From the NCBI GenBank assembly GCA_002269645.1, contig NIVC01000735.1:186001-250000 (forward strand): a stretch of DNA of 64,000 bases, given 5' to 3'. Below, one piece after another: positions 45,680 to 58,300 of this stretch. The DNA is from Macrostomum lignano (lineage: Eukaryota). Position 1 is the first letter of the stretch. Every line of letters begins with the position of its first letter. The translations under genes were made by a program, and so were the position numbers. Below the pieces are notes generated by a model, which did not search any database, was not told the origin of the DNA, and saw only the letters and a list, made by a program, of their open reading frames with translations.

Positions 45680-46714
45680 ATGGCTACGAACGAAAGCAAA
45701 GTGGCGATTGTCACGGGCGCGAACTCTGGCATCGGTCTGGAGGTCACCAAGCTGCTCGCCTCCAGCGGCTTCATCGTTGTGATGGCGTGCCGGAGTCTGG
45801 ACCGGGCCAACCAGGCGGTCGCGGCTATGCAGAACGAAACCACTTCGCTGAAGAGCAGTGGCTCCTTCGTGCTGATGCAGGTGAGTACTCAAGCACCGCG
45901 CTTTCCGTGTCAGTGAGCTGCTGCGCGTACCGATAGATGAGCAAGCAGTGTGAGCAGCTTCTCAACTCCTCGTGACTTTCTCTCGACTTCTGACTTTCAG
46001 CTCGACCTGAGCGACTACGACTCGGTGAGGAAGTTCGTCAGCGAATTCCTCGCCAAGTTCTCCCGACTGGACGTGCTCATCAACAACGCCGGCTACGCTG
46101 AGGAGTTCTCAAGGCAGCAGCGAAATCTGAACTCCAAAGGCCACGAGATGACGATCGCGACAAACCATCTGGGCCACTTCCTGCTCACCAAGCTGCTGCT
46201 CCAGACTCTGAAGGACACTGCGAGCCGCCACGGAGCCGCCCGGGTCCTCATCGTGAGCTCGGATTATCACACTTACACGTTTAGGGTCAAGCCGCTGGAC
46301 TTTGATGACCTGTTTATGGAGAAACCGGGGGCTTACAGCGGCAGCCAGGCTTACAAGAACTCGAAGGCGATGAACATCCTGCACTGCCGCAAGCTGGCCA
46401 GGATGCTGGAGGGCACCGGCGTGTACGTGAACGCGCTGCATCCTGGCTTCATCCCAACAACCGGATTTTTTCGTGGCTGCATGCGCTGCTTCTTTATCTG
46501 CTGCTTCAGCGGTTTCTGCTGCTGCTGCCGGATCACCCGCACTCCGCAGGAGGCCGCCGGTCACATGTTTAACATTGCCGCGGGCGTGCCGCCCTATGAA
46601 GACAAAAGCGGTCTGTACTTTTATGACGGCAGGTCGAAGCCGACATCAGCGGAAACGTCGCTTCTTGCCAACGAGGACCTGCTGTGGGAGTGGAGCGAGG
46701 CCGTCACTTCCTGA
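45680..46714 (+). CDS. Classical SDR, retinol dehydrogenase 11-14/DHRS12-13/WWOX-like, 304 aa (copy 2, intact)
   Basis: join(45680..45880,46001..46714), 915 nt. Motifs: TGANSGIG, MACRS (basic residue, NADP(H) preference), LDLSD, NNAG, TNHLGHF, VSS, YKNSK, VNALHPG. Confidence 0.93.
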
Positions 46715-48827
46715 TGAAGTTTTTCAACGTTGGATCAAAATTGCTGAGGTCGCAAGTCGACCTCTAATTAGATGTCCAAGCAGACAATATATTTATGACT
46801 GATCTTTTGTGTAACATCGTTTTGCTTGAATTAAAGTCTCCCAATATTCACCTGCATGCATTAGCACACAAAATATGCTTTTCACAAAATGCCTCCGCAT
46901 TATTAGTTGCTTTCATTGGGATTGGTCTGTCCTAGATAAGGGGGGGGGTATTGCTACCATACACTATCTTTTGTTAATTTCTCATCAGACTGCTCAGAGA
47001 CAGTCGCATGGAGGCAAGGAGAGTGGCGGTCGATGAGTCACGGAGAAGGAACGGAGAGTGGCGGTCGATGACTTCAGAGACGGTCGATGAGGGGGGTGGA
47101 GGAATTGAAAGTGGCGGTCGATGAATCATAGAGAAGGAACGCAGAGTGGCATTCGATAAATCATGGAGGAGGAACCCAGGGACGTGTTGGATGACTTTAA
47201 AAGAGTTATATTTTTAATAACTACTCGTATTACATTCTTTTTTTCACATATTTCACTGGCATCCCACATTAAAAAGAGGGATCCGATTTGGAATTTTGGA
47301 ACAAACTCTTGACTACCGAAAGGATATTGTGTCAAAGTAGGTGTTAAAGTGTCATGAACTCATGGCATCCGTATACCAATAACGCATTAATTCTCCGTAA
47401 ACTCGTAGGCGTGTCAGGCTAGGGGATTATTCAATACTAAGGGGCGTAAAACGAAAAAAAATTGGAGGCCAATAAGCTTCTATCTTCTTAGTGTATTTAT
47501 TCACTGGGTCAGTGAGTTTGTGTCTAGTGAGTGTAGTCCTGAGGCGTATGGAGAAATCGTTTTTGCATACGCCTTTTTTGCAACTCGGTCTTGCTTGTGG
47601 TAAAAATAGCTTTGTTTGCTCTACTTCGTTTGCTTTGTTTGCTCTCATAAAATCGATTTTAAAATTTAACTAGAATAAAGCAATTTAATTACAAAACAAT
47701 AAAAATGTAAGCCTATTTTCTAAATTACGACGACTTAATAAAAGTTTTTGTTATAAAATACGTTCTATTTTAAAAGTATTTCATTCACAGAATTTTACTA
47801 GAAATCTGATTGTTTTACATTGTGGTTCGGTTAGAGGCAATATTTTTGGAGAAATTTGTCTGACTCTATGAATTGAATATTGTGCGCTCTATTTTTTAAA
47901 TTGCTGAATAATAAACTCCTATTTTTCGGCTTAAATGGATGACAATTGATGTTAATCGTGAATTTTTTTGGGACTTAGCCATTCTAGTATTGTTAAAGAA
48001 ATTGACAGATAACGAGATTTAGAATTTTTATTTTTAGGAATGTATAAAAAACGGTTCCTATTAGTTCTGTTATGCATATAAACTGCAAATCATTTAAAAC
48101 TATTAGTTATTAGTTTTAAATGTTATTCTAAAAAATTCCCTAAGTGAATTGAGATAGAATTAGTTAAAATCAAAATTATTGCTACTTGTATAATTATATA
48201 TTATTTTTTAAATGCAATATTAACAAAGCAGACCTGCAGCAGTTTTCGAATGGATGCATGCTTTTTGCTTTGATTGATGATAAAGTTAAGCTCATTTTGT
48301 ATACTTTCATTGTGGCCTTAATTTTTTATATACTATTTAGGTTTTACAATACAAAGTGTATGAACCATATTATAATTTTCTGTCTACAATAATAAATTTT
48401 AGTCTTTGTACAATCTTGGGAAATACATTTCATGCTAATCAATCGGCTAAAATATTAATTAGTATTAAGGAGTCAATATATGAGCTAGCTTATATAAGTT
48501 CAATTCATTGGCCTTGTCTATTTCAAAAGTGGACAAATTTATATTGAAGAAAAATATGTGAATAGGACTTTAAGCCTTTTAGTAAGTATTCACCTGACTT
48601 CCCTCCACTGCTTTTGATATTCTTATCTAAGTAAAGCAACTCATCACATGTAGAGGCAAATTTGTTAGACTTGTGCTAGTTGTCTACTACTGAATACTAT
48701 TAAATTTATAATCATAATTATGATTAGCCAGTGATGTGCGGGGTCTGCACTCCTACTCGGCAATTATCTGCAAATTTCAGAGCCCGCCCGGCACCTGCCG
48801 AGGCTATCAGGGAAGGAGCGAATCAAA

Positions 48828-51800
48828 ATGACTGGTCGACCAATTGGTGAGCGCGCGGCCCCCTCGCCCACTGCACTTCCGCCCCCCCCCCGCGCTCTCT
48901 CTCTCTCTCTGCCCTTCGTGCTGATAAGAACTGAACACTGGGGCGCCGTGCCGCTATTATAACCCTCCCCGCAGCCCCTCCTGGCCTCTTGCCGTCTCCG
49001 TGTTAACTGATCCATGCCATGTAGATTTGCAGAGCAGTTCTAACCAAACCATTCTATCTTGTTGCAATTTTTACCCAGACCTGAGCCGGCTGCAGGATCT
49101 CGTGTTGGCCTACTTCAGGCCCGAGCACCCCGCACGGAGAATCTCCCGAGAGCAGTTTTACACAGAGTCCCTGCGACTGGCCGGCGGCCGGGACACCCAG
49201 AGCGCCATGGCCGGCAGCATCAATGCAAACAGGCTGGTGCACTTCTGGTGCCGCCGGGGTGACATCGGCCACCTCACCGAGCTGGTTGGCATGCGCGGCG
49301 TCGATCTGGAGCTGGAGACAGAGGAGGGCAGCCCGCTGTGCATTGCCGCTAGGTAAGCTGGATCTGCGTGCTCAGCTGCTAGATCTGTGTGCTCAGCTGC
49401 TGGATCTGTGTGCTCAGCTGCTAGATCTGTGTGCTCAGCTGCTGAATCTGCGTGCTCAGCTGCTAGATCTGTGTGCTCAGCTGCTGGATCTGTGTGCTCA
49501 GCTGCTAGATCTGTGTGCTCAGCTGCTGGATCTGCGTGCTCAGCTGCTAGATCTGTGTGCTCAGCTGCTGGATCTGTGTGCTCAGCTGCTGGATCTGTGT
49601 GCTCAGCTGCTGGATCTGTGTGCTCAGCTGCTGGATCTGTGTGCTCAGCTGCTGGATCTGCCTGCTCAGCTGCTGGATCTGCCTGCTCAGCTGCTGGACC
49701 TGTGTGCTCAGCTGCTGGATCTGTGTGCTCAGCTGCTGGATCTGTGTGCTCAGCTGCTGGATCTGTGTGCTGAGCTGCTGGATCTGCGTGCTCAGCTGCT
49801 GGATCTGTGTGCTCAGCTGCTGGATCTGCCTGCTCAGCTGCTGGATCTGCGTGCTCAGCTGCTGGATCTGTGTGCTCAGCTGCTGGATCTGTGTGCTCAG
49901 CTGCTGAATCTGTGTGCTCAGCTGCTGCATCTGTGTGCTCAGCTGCTGGATCTGCGTGCTCAGCTGCTGGATCTGTGCTCAGCTGCTGGACCTGTGTGCT
50001 CAGCTGCTGGATCTGTGTGCTCAGCTGCTGAATCTGTGTGCTCAGCTGCTGAATCTGTGTGCTCAGCTGCTGGATCTGTGTGCTCAGCTGCTGGATCTGC
50101 GTGCTCAGCTGCTGGATCTGTGCTCAGCTGCTGGACCTGTGTGCTCAGCTGCTGAATCTGTGTGCTGAGCTGCTGGATCTGTGCTCAGCTGCTGGATCTG
50201 TGCTCAGCTGCTAGATCTGTGCTCAGCTGCAGTTTCTGCGTGCTCAGCTGCTGGATCTGCGTGCTCACTGCTCAGCTGCAGGATCTGCGTGCTCAGCTGC
50301 TGAATCTGTGTGCTCATGCTATCTTCAGTCTAGTTAGTTGTGGAGCACAAAAAATTCTCTCTCTTCGCGGTAAATATTACTATTTTACATGTAGCGCCAT
50401 GCAAAAACTACTCTAAATCTGAAACCTGTTTAATAGCTGTGACTGTGGCTGCTATTCTCCAAATTTACCGACGTACATTAAAATAGCAATTTCAGCTTTT
50501 TGTTTTGCGATTTTTCTTTTAGACGTTACTCGCTTCTTATCTTCGGTCCGTAGCTTTTTCATGGGCTGACCTTCCACTTTCTAGGCAGAATGTGTGCTAA
50601 GACTGGGCACTGGGGCTGCGACGTCATTATTAAGGTGGGCTAGTGCACTGGTAGGCTATTGTTTAGGTGGGCTAGTGCTCAGGTGGGCTAGTGCTCAGGT
50701 GGGCTAGTGCTCAGGTGGGCTAGTGCTCAGGTGCGCTAGTGCTCAGGTAGGCTAGTGCTCAGATGGGCTAGTGCTCAGGTGGGCTAGTGCTCAGGTGGGC
50801 TAGTGCTCAGGTAGGCTAGTGCTCAGGTGGGCTAGTGCTCAGGTGCGCTAGTGCTCAGGTAGGCTAGTGCTCAGATGGGCTAGTGCTGGGCTAGTGGATA
50901 TTCACACCTGGACTGTGGATATTTACACCTGGACTGTGGATATTTACACCTGGACTGTGGATATTCACATCTGGACTGCGGATATTCACAGCTGGACTGT
51001 GGATATTTACACCTGGGCTGTGGATATTTACACCTGGGCTGTGGATATTTACATCTGGGCTGTGGATATTTACATCTGGACTGCGGATATTCACAGCTGG
51101 ACTGTGGATTTTCACGCCTGGACTGTTGATATTTGCCCATGAACCTCCGAAGGCACGGTCACGTGGAAGCCGTGGACCTCCTACTGAAGGCCGGGGTCCA
51201 CCTCCCGGAGATGCCGTCAACCCAGGCCGACTGCCGCTGCAGTCCCTGGTTCGAGTGCTGCTCAGCTGGCAGCGCGCCCGTGTTCAACCTGCTGCTGGCC
51301 GCTCGCCAGTCCTGCGCAGCTCCCCCATTGTCTGCGCTGAACCTCCTGCTGGAGGCCGCCGTCAACTCCGCCGAGAACGGCAGCGGTGGCAGCGGCCTGG
51401 CGATCGCCAAGACGCTGCTGGACCTCGGCGCCTCCGCCGAAACTTCCGGTCCGACAACGGCGGCTCTGCGCGCCGGAAACGGCGAACTGCTGGCGACACT
51501 TCTGGCCGGCGGCGCCGCCTGCGACCCGCGCGAGGCCGCCCATGCCGAGTCGCGCGATCGGACGCTGCGCAACGCCCTGGCGCGGCTTATGCAGCGCCAC
51601 ACAGCGCGGCGGGAAACCGGCGCCGGCGAGGCCGCCCTGCCCAGCGACGTCGCCCGCCTCTGTGGCGTCAAGCTGGCCTGGCTGAGCCCCGCCCACCTGC
51701 CCAACCCAGAGGCCATCAGCGAGCTGACGCTGGTGGACTGCGGCCTCACCTGCCTGCCGCCGCCCTCCTGCACGGCCTGCCGCGCCTCAGGGCGCTGGAC

Positions 51801-52262
51801 GTCTCGCGCAACCGAATCGCCCGCCTCGAGGAGGCGACCAGGGGCGCCTCGCCGTCCAAGTGAGCCCAGCTGCCTGCTCTTCCTCATCTCCCTCATCTCC
51901 CCCACACTGCACCAATGTCCTCCAATCTCCGCTTCGCTCACCTGCCCAGGTCGCTCTACAAGCTGGACTTGTCTCACAACTGCCTCACCGAGCTGCCGCA
52001 TCACGTGTTCGCCATCGAGTCCCTGCGGGAGCTGAATGTGGCGCAGAACCAGCTGGGCCAGACGGCTTGGAACGCTGCGCCCTGGAGCTGCCGGCAGCTG
52101 GAGATCCTCAATCTGGCCAACAACGGCATCGCCAGCCTGCCGGCACAGCTGAGCCACGTCTGCGGCCGGCTGGTCCGCCTCTTTGCCAGCGGCAACCGCC
52201 TGACCAGCTTCCCCTGCTGGGCCTGTCCGCTGGTGAGCTGCCTGCCTGTCTGTCTGCCTGCC

Positions 52263-52301
<39 letters not shown>

Positions 52302-52310
52302 GTGTGTGTG

Positions 52311-52379
<69 letters not shown>

Positions 52380-55300
52380 TAGTGTCTGTCTGTGTGTCTG
52401 TCTGCAGCAGCCCATTCGCAGGATTCATAACCCTATGAGCTGCACAGGCAGGCCAGACCGGTTTAATCCAGTTGCCGGCTTTGCATCTTGCTTCAAGCGC
52501 CATCTAGATAACAGAGCCGCTCTGCAGCTCACTGAATGCGCGACAGACTTGACTAAAGTTCTTATTTATATCTACTTCGCTAATAATAAAGATGCCTTGT
52601 AGGGCAGTTTTCAGGTGCAAACGGCTAAAATTAGCTCACAATCGACTCAACCTTTTCTTCAGGAATTTCTCGACCTCACCGACAATAAAATCTCGAACGT
52701 TCCGGGCCACCTGTCCACCCTGTGGCAGAACAGCTTGCGGGAGCTCCGGCTCTCTGGCAACTGCCTCGCCTCTGAGAAGTCCCTGGTGATGATGGTCACC
52801 GTCAGTGAGTGCTAATCGATTTTCTCGGATTTCTGTTTGCTTAAACTAGTCGAGTAGGTTTTTCGTATATTTAACAGTTTTTTCCTTCTGAATAAATAAT
52901 TTGCGTTCGTACTTTGCGCTTACTTTCAGTAGGCCAAGTAGAATTTTTCGATATTTTACTGTTTTCCAAAATATTTTACTAACCATAAATGCATGCTAAA
53001 AACTACCGAATTTCAGAAACTCTATCGCGCCTATCGCTGGCCCGCAATCAGCTGACCACCTTGCCGCCCACGCACCTGTGGCGCTGTGATCTGCTCTTTG
53101 AGCTGGACCTCGCCAACAACCAGCTGGAGGAGCGATTTCATGACGCTAACGGATCCCGCTTTCTGCCGCTGCCGCTGTTCCGGCGCAACCTCGTCTACGA
53201 CTATGAGGTCTGACTGGGCGATTGCTCTGTGCGTTCAGCTACTGTTAGTAGGCTGTAGTAGCTGCAATAGGGCTGGAACCCACCTCTTTGACAGTAGAAC
53301 TGCTGCCTGCGACCAGCTACTGTTAGTAGGCTGTAGTAGCTGCAATAGGGCTGGAACCCACCTCTTTGACAGTAGAACTGCTGCCTGCGACCAGCTACTG
53401 TTAGTAGGCTGCAGTGGTGCTTGACTTCCCTAATTTTCTGGAGTTTGTGTCTCGTTTCAATGAATTTATTTTCACTCGCACTGCACCCTGCCGCTGCAGC
53501 TGAAGATCCCGAAGCTGACTGGCCTGCACCGCCTCATCCTGGGTGGCAACCGGCTGCACCGAGTGCCCCCCAGCGTCTGTCAGCTGGCCATGCTGGAGAC
53601 TCTTGACATCTCCGGGTATGCGTTCACTCTGACTCACTCACTCACTCACTCACTCACTCACTCACTCACTCACTCACTCACTCACTCACTCACTCACTCA
53701 CTCACTCACTCACTCACTCACTCACTCACTCACTCACTCACTTACTCACTCACTTACTCACTCACTCACTCACTCACTTACTCACTCACTCACTCACTCA
53801 CTTACTCACTTACTCACTCACCCACTCACTCATTCACTCACCCACCAATATCACCACTCACTTACTCACTCACTTACTCACTCACTCACTCACTCACTTA
53901 CTCACTCACTTACTCACTCACTTACTCACTCACTCACTTACTCACTTACTCACTCACCCACTCACTCATTCACTCACCCACCAATATCACCACTCACTTA
54001 CTCACTCACTCACTCACTGACTCACTCGCTCATTCACTCATTCACTCACCCACCAATGTCACTCACTCACTCATGCACTCACTCACTCACTGACTCACTG
54101 ACTCACTCACCTACTCACTCATTCACTTACTCACTCATCCCTCTCCCCGCAGCAACAGCCGCATCCGGCAGATCCCGGTGGAGCTGGCCCAGTGCCGCCA
54201 GCTGATGCGGCTGGTCTGCGACCCCGGCCAGCTGCAGGAGCCGCTGCGCCAGTTCGTGCAGAAGAGTGAGCGGCTGCGGCTGTTTGCGCGTCTGTCTGTC
54301 TGTCTGTCTGTCTGTCTGCCTGCCTGCCTGTCTGTCTGTCTGTCTGTCTGTCTGCCTGCCTGCCTGCCTGTCTGCCTGTCTGTCTGTCTGCCTGTCTGCC
54401 TGTCTGTCTCTCTGTATATCTGTCTATCTGTCTGTATGTCTATCCATAACAAAAGTGCAACTCTTTGAGCTTCTGACTGTCCACTCTCTGCAGGCTTCGT
54501 CAGCACCATCCCACTGCTGAACCATCTTCGCCTGCAGCTGTACAGAACCAGCCCCTATTATCACCTGAAGCTGGTTGTGGCCGGCAACGGAGTAAGCAAG
54601 AGATGCCTTGTGTGCAAAATCTTTAATATGCGTTATGTTATTTGAAAGTTCTTAGAGATCTTTCTAGGATGGAATTTTTGGAGGAGGGGTTTTTAGAGGA
54701 TTGGATTTTTAAAGGATTGGATTTTTAGAAGATGGGATTTTTAGAGGATGGGATTTTCGGATGAGATTTTTGGACGATGGGATTTTTAGAGGATGGGATT
54801 TTTAGAAGATGGGATTTTTAGAGGATGGGATTTTCGGATGGGATTTTTGGAGGATGGGTTTTTTAGATGGGATTTTTAGAGGATGGGATTTTTAGAAGAT
54901 GGGATTTTTGGAGAATGGGTTTTTTAGAAGATGGGATTTTTAGAGGATGGAATTTTCGGTTGGGATTTTTGGAGGATGGTTTTTCTAGAGGATGGGATTT
55001 TTAGAGGATTGGGTTTTTAGAGGTTGGGATTTTTAGAAGATGGGATTTTTAGAGGATGGGATTTTTGGATGAGATTTTTGGACGATGGGATTTTTAGAGG
55101 ATGGGATTTTTAGAGGATGGGATTTTTGGAAGATGGGATTTTAGTAGGTGGTATATATTGAGATAAATGGATTAATTGCTTCAACACCTGCCGATGCCCG
55201 CAGCCCAAGGACCGAGAGTGGCTGATGGCCCGGCTCGGCTTCAGCCACAGCTGCGCGGACTCGGCTCGCTCCCTCTACCTGGCCGATTCAGCGGCCGGGG

Positions 55301-58300
55301 ACTCGGCAGGCGGGGGCGAGCGCAGCCACTGGTCCCTGGACCGGGTGGTGCAGCAGAACTACATCCGGAATGCGGAGGCGCCGCTCCGGCGAAACCTCCG
55401 CGACACGCTGCTGCAGCCGCCGGCCCGGATTTTTCACCTGCAGATGACGCGTCGCGATCTGGTGGACGCCCACCGGCGGGTGGCACCTCGGCGTGGCTCC
55501 CGGGATCTGCGCGCCGCCAAGCTGGCGCCGGTGAGTGGCGGGGAATTCCCGGGGTAAACTACCTGTTAGCTAATCCAGTGCTGTGTGTGCTCACAGCCAG
55601 TCTCAACTCCAGTTTGTTAATCCAGAAGTCCATGTCACTGCTGTGTGAGCTCACAGCCAAAACCGCACTCACCCACTGCACAGGAGGACTTCCCACTGAG
55701 CTTGCACCTGCACGCCTGGGTGCTGCACTCGGGCAGCAGCGCGAGTCCGGCCATAGACAGCACGCACGAGATTGTGCTCACCAAGCAGACTCTGTACCTG
55801 CTGCTGTGGGACTGCCTTGACGGCCAGGGGGCCTTCGAAAAGATTAAGCAGAGCCTATTGACTATTCAGGTTTGTAATTGGCTTGCTAACGTGTTTATTG
55901 CCTAATATTTTAGAGTGACATGGATATAGAGTGACAGATTTTCAAAGTGACAGATTTGCATAGAGTGACAGATTTGCAGATTGACAGATTTGCATAGATT
56001 GACAGATTTGCATAGATTGACAGATTTGCAGAGTGACAGATTTGCATAGATTGACAGATTTGCAGATTGACAGATTTGCATAGATTGACAGATTTGCATA
56101 GATTGACAGATTTGCAGAGTGACAGATTTGCATAGATTGACAGATTTGCAGAGTGATAGATTTGCATAGATTGACAGATTTGCAGAGTGACAGATTTGCA
56201 TAGATTGACAGATTTGCAGATTGACAGATTTGCATAGATTGACAGATTTGCAGATTGACAGATTTGCATAGATTGACAGATTTGCATAGATTGACAGATT
56301 TGCAGAGTGACAGATTTGCATAGATTGACAGATTTGCATAGATTGACAGATTTGCAGAGTGACAGATTTGCATAGATTGACAGATTTGCATAGATTGACA
56401 GATTTGCAGAGTGACAGATTTGCATAGAGTGACAGATTTGCAGATTGACAGATTTGCATAAATTGACAGATTTGCATAGATTGACAGATTTGCAGAGTGA
56501 CAGATTTGCATAGATTGACAGATTTGCAGAGTGACAGATTTGCATAGATTGACAGATTTGCATAGATTGACAGATTTGCAGAGTGACAGATTTGCATAGA
56601 TTGACAGATTTGCATAGATTGACAGATTTGCATAGATTGACAGATTTGCATAGATTGACAGATTTGCAGAGTGACAGATTTGCATAGATTGACAGATTTG
56701 CAGATTGACAGATTTGCATAGATTGACAGATTTGCAGAGTGACAGATTTGCATAGATTGACAGATTTGCAGATTGACAGATTTGCATAGATTGACAGATT
56801 TGCAGAGTGACAGATTTGCAGATTGACAGATTTGCATAGATTGACAGATTTGCATAGATTGACAGATTTGCAGAGTGACAGATTTGCATAGATTGACAGA
56901 TTTGCATAGATTGACAGATTTGCAGAGTGACAGATTTGCATAGATTGACAGATTTGCATAGATTGACAGATTTGCAGAGTGACAGATTTGCATAGAGTGA
57001 CAGATTTGCAGATTGACAGATTTGCATAAATTGACAGATTTGCATAGATTGACAGATTTGCAGATTGACAGATTTGCATAGATTGACAGATTTGCAGATT
57101 GACAGATTTGCATAGATTGACAGATTTGCATAGATTGACAGATTTGCAGATTGACAGATTTGCATAGATTGACAGATTTGCATAGATTGACAGATTTGCA
57201 GAGTGACAGATTTGCATAGATTGACAGATTTGCAGATTGACAGATTTGCATAGATTGACAGATTTGCAGATTGACAGATTTGCATAGATTGACAGATTTG
57301 CATAGATTGACAGATTTGCAGAGTGACAGATTTGCATAGATTGACAGATTTGCAGATTGACAGATTTGCATAGATTGACAGATTTGCAGAGTGACAGATT
57401 TGCATAGATTGACAGATTTGCATAGATTGACAGATTTGCAGAGTGACAGATTTGCATAGATTGACAGATTTGCATAGATTGACAGATTTGCATAGATTGA
57501 CAGATTTGCATAGATTGACAGATTTGCAGAGTGACAGATTTGCATAGATTGACAGATTTGCAGATTGACAGATTTGCATAGATTGACAGATTTGCAGATT
57601 GACAGATTTGCAGAGTGACAGATTTGCATAGATTGACAGATTTGCATAGATTGACAGATTTGCATAGATTGACAGATTTGCAGATTGACAGATTTGCATA
57701 GATTGACAGATTTGCAGATTGACAGATTTGCATAGATTGACAGATTTGCAGATTGACAGATTTGCATAGATTGACAGATTTGCAGATTGACAGATTGCAT
57801 AGATTGACAGATTTGCATAGATTGACAGATTTGCATAGAGTGACAGATTTGCAGATTGACAGATTTGCATAGATTGACAGATTTGCATAGATTGACAGAT
57901 TTGCAGAGTGACAGATTTGCATAGATTGACAGATTTGCAGATTGACAGATTTGCATAGATTGACAGATTTGCAGATTGACAGATTTGCATAGATTGACAG
58001 ATTTGCATAGATTGACAGATTTGCATAGATTGACAGATTTGCATAGATTGACAGATTTGCAGATTGACAGATTTGCATAGATTGACAGATTTGCAGAGTG
58101 ACAGATTTGCATAGATTGACAGATTTGCATAGATTGACAGATTTGCAGAGTGACAGATTTGCATAGATTGACAGATTTGCATAGATTGACAGATTTGCAT
58201 AGATTGACAGATTTGCATAGATTGACAGATTTGCATAGATTGACAGATTTGCAGATTGACAGATTTGCATAGATTGACAGATTTGCAGATTGACAGATTG

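Noticed and set aside
47005-47190. Degenerate GGAGAGTGGCGGTCGATGA repeats
   Set aside because: Only ~4 decayed copies, no ORF or structure; ordinary repeat decay.
49223-50416. Leucine-zipper-like AQLLDLC heptad ORF
   Set aside because: A 21-bp intronic repeat gives 7-aa periodicity by arithmetic; it begins right after the donor at 49353.
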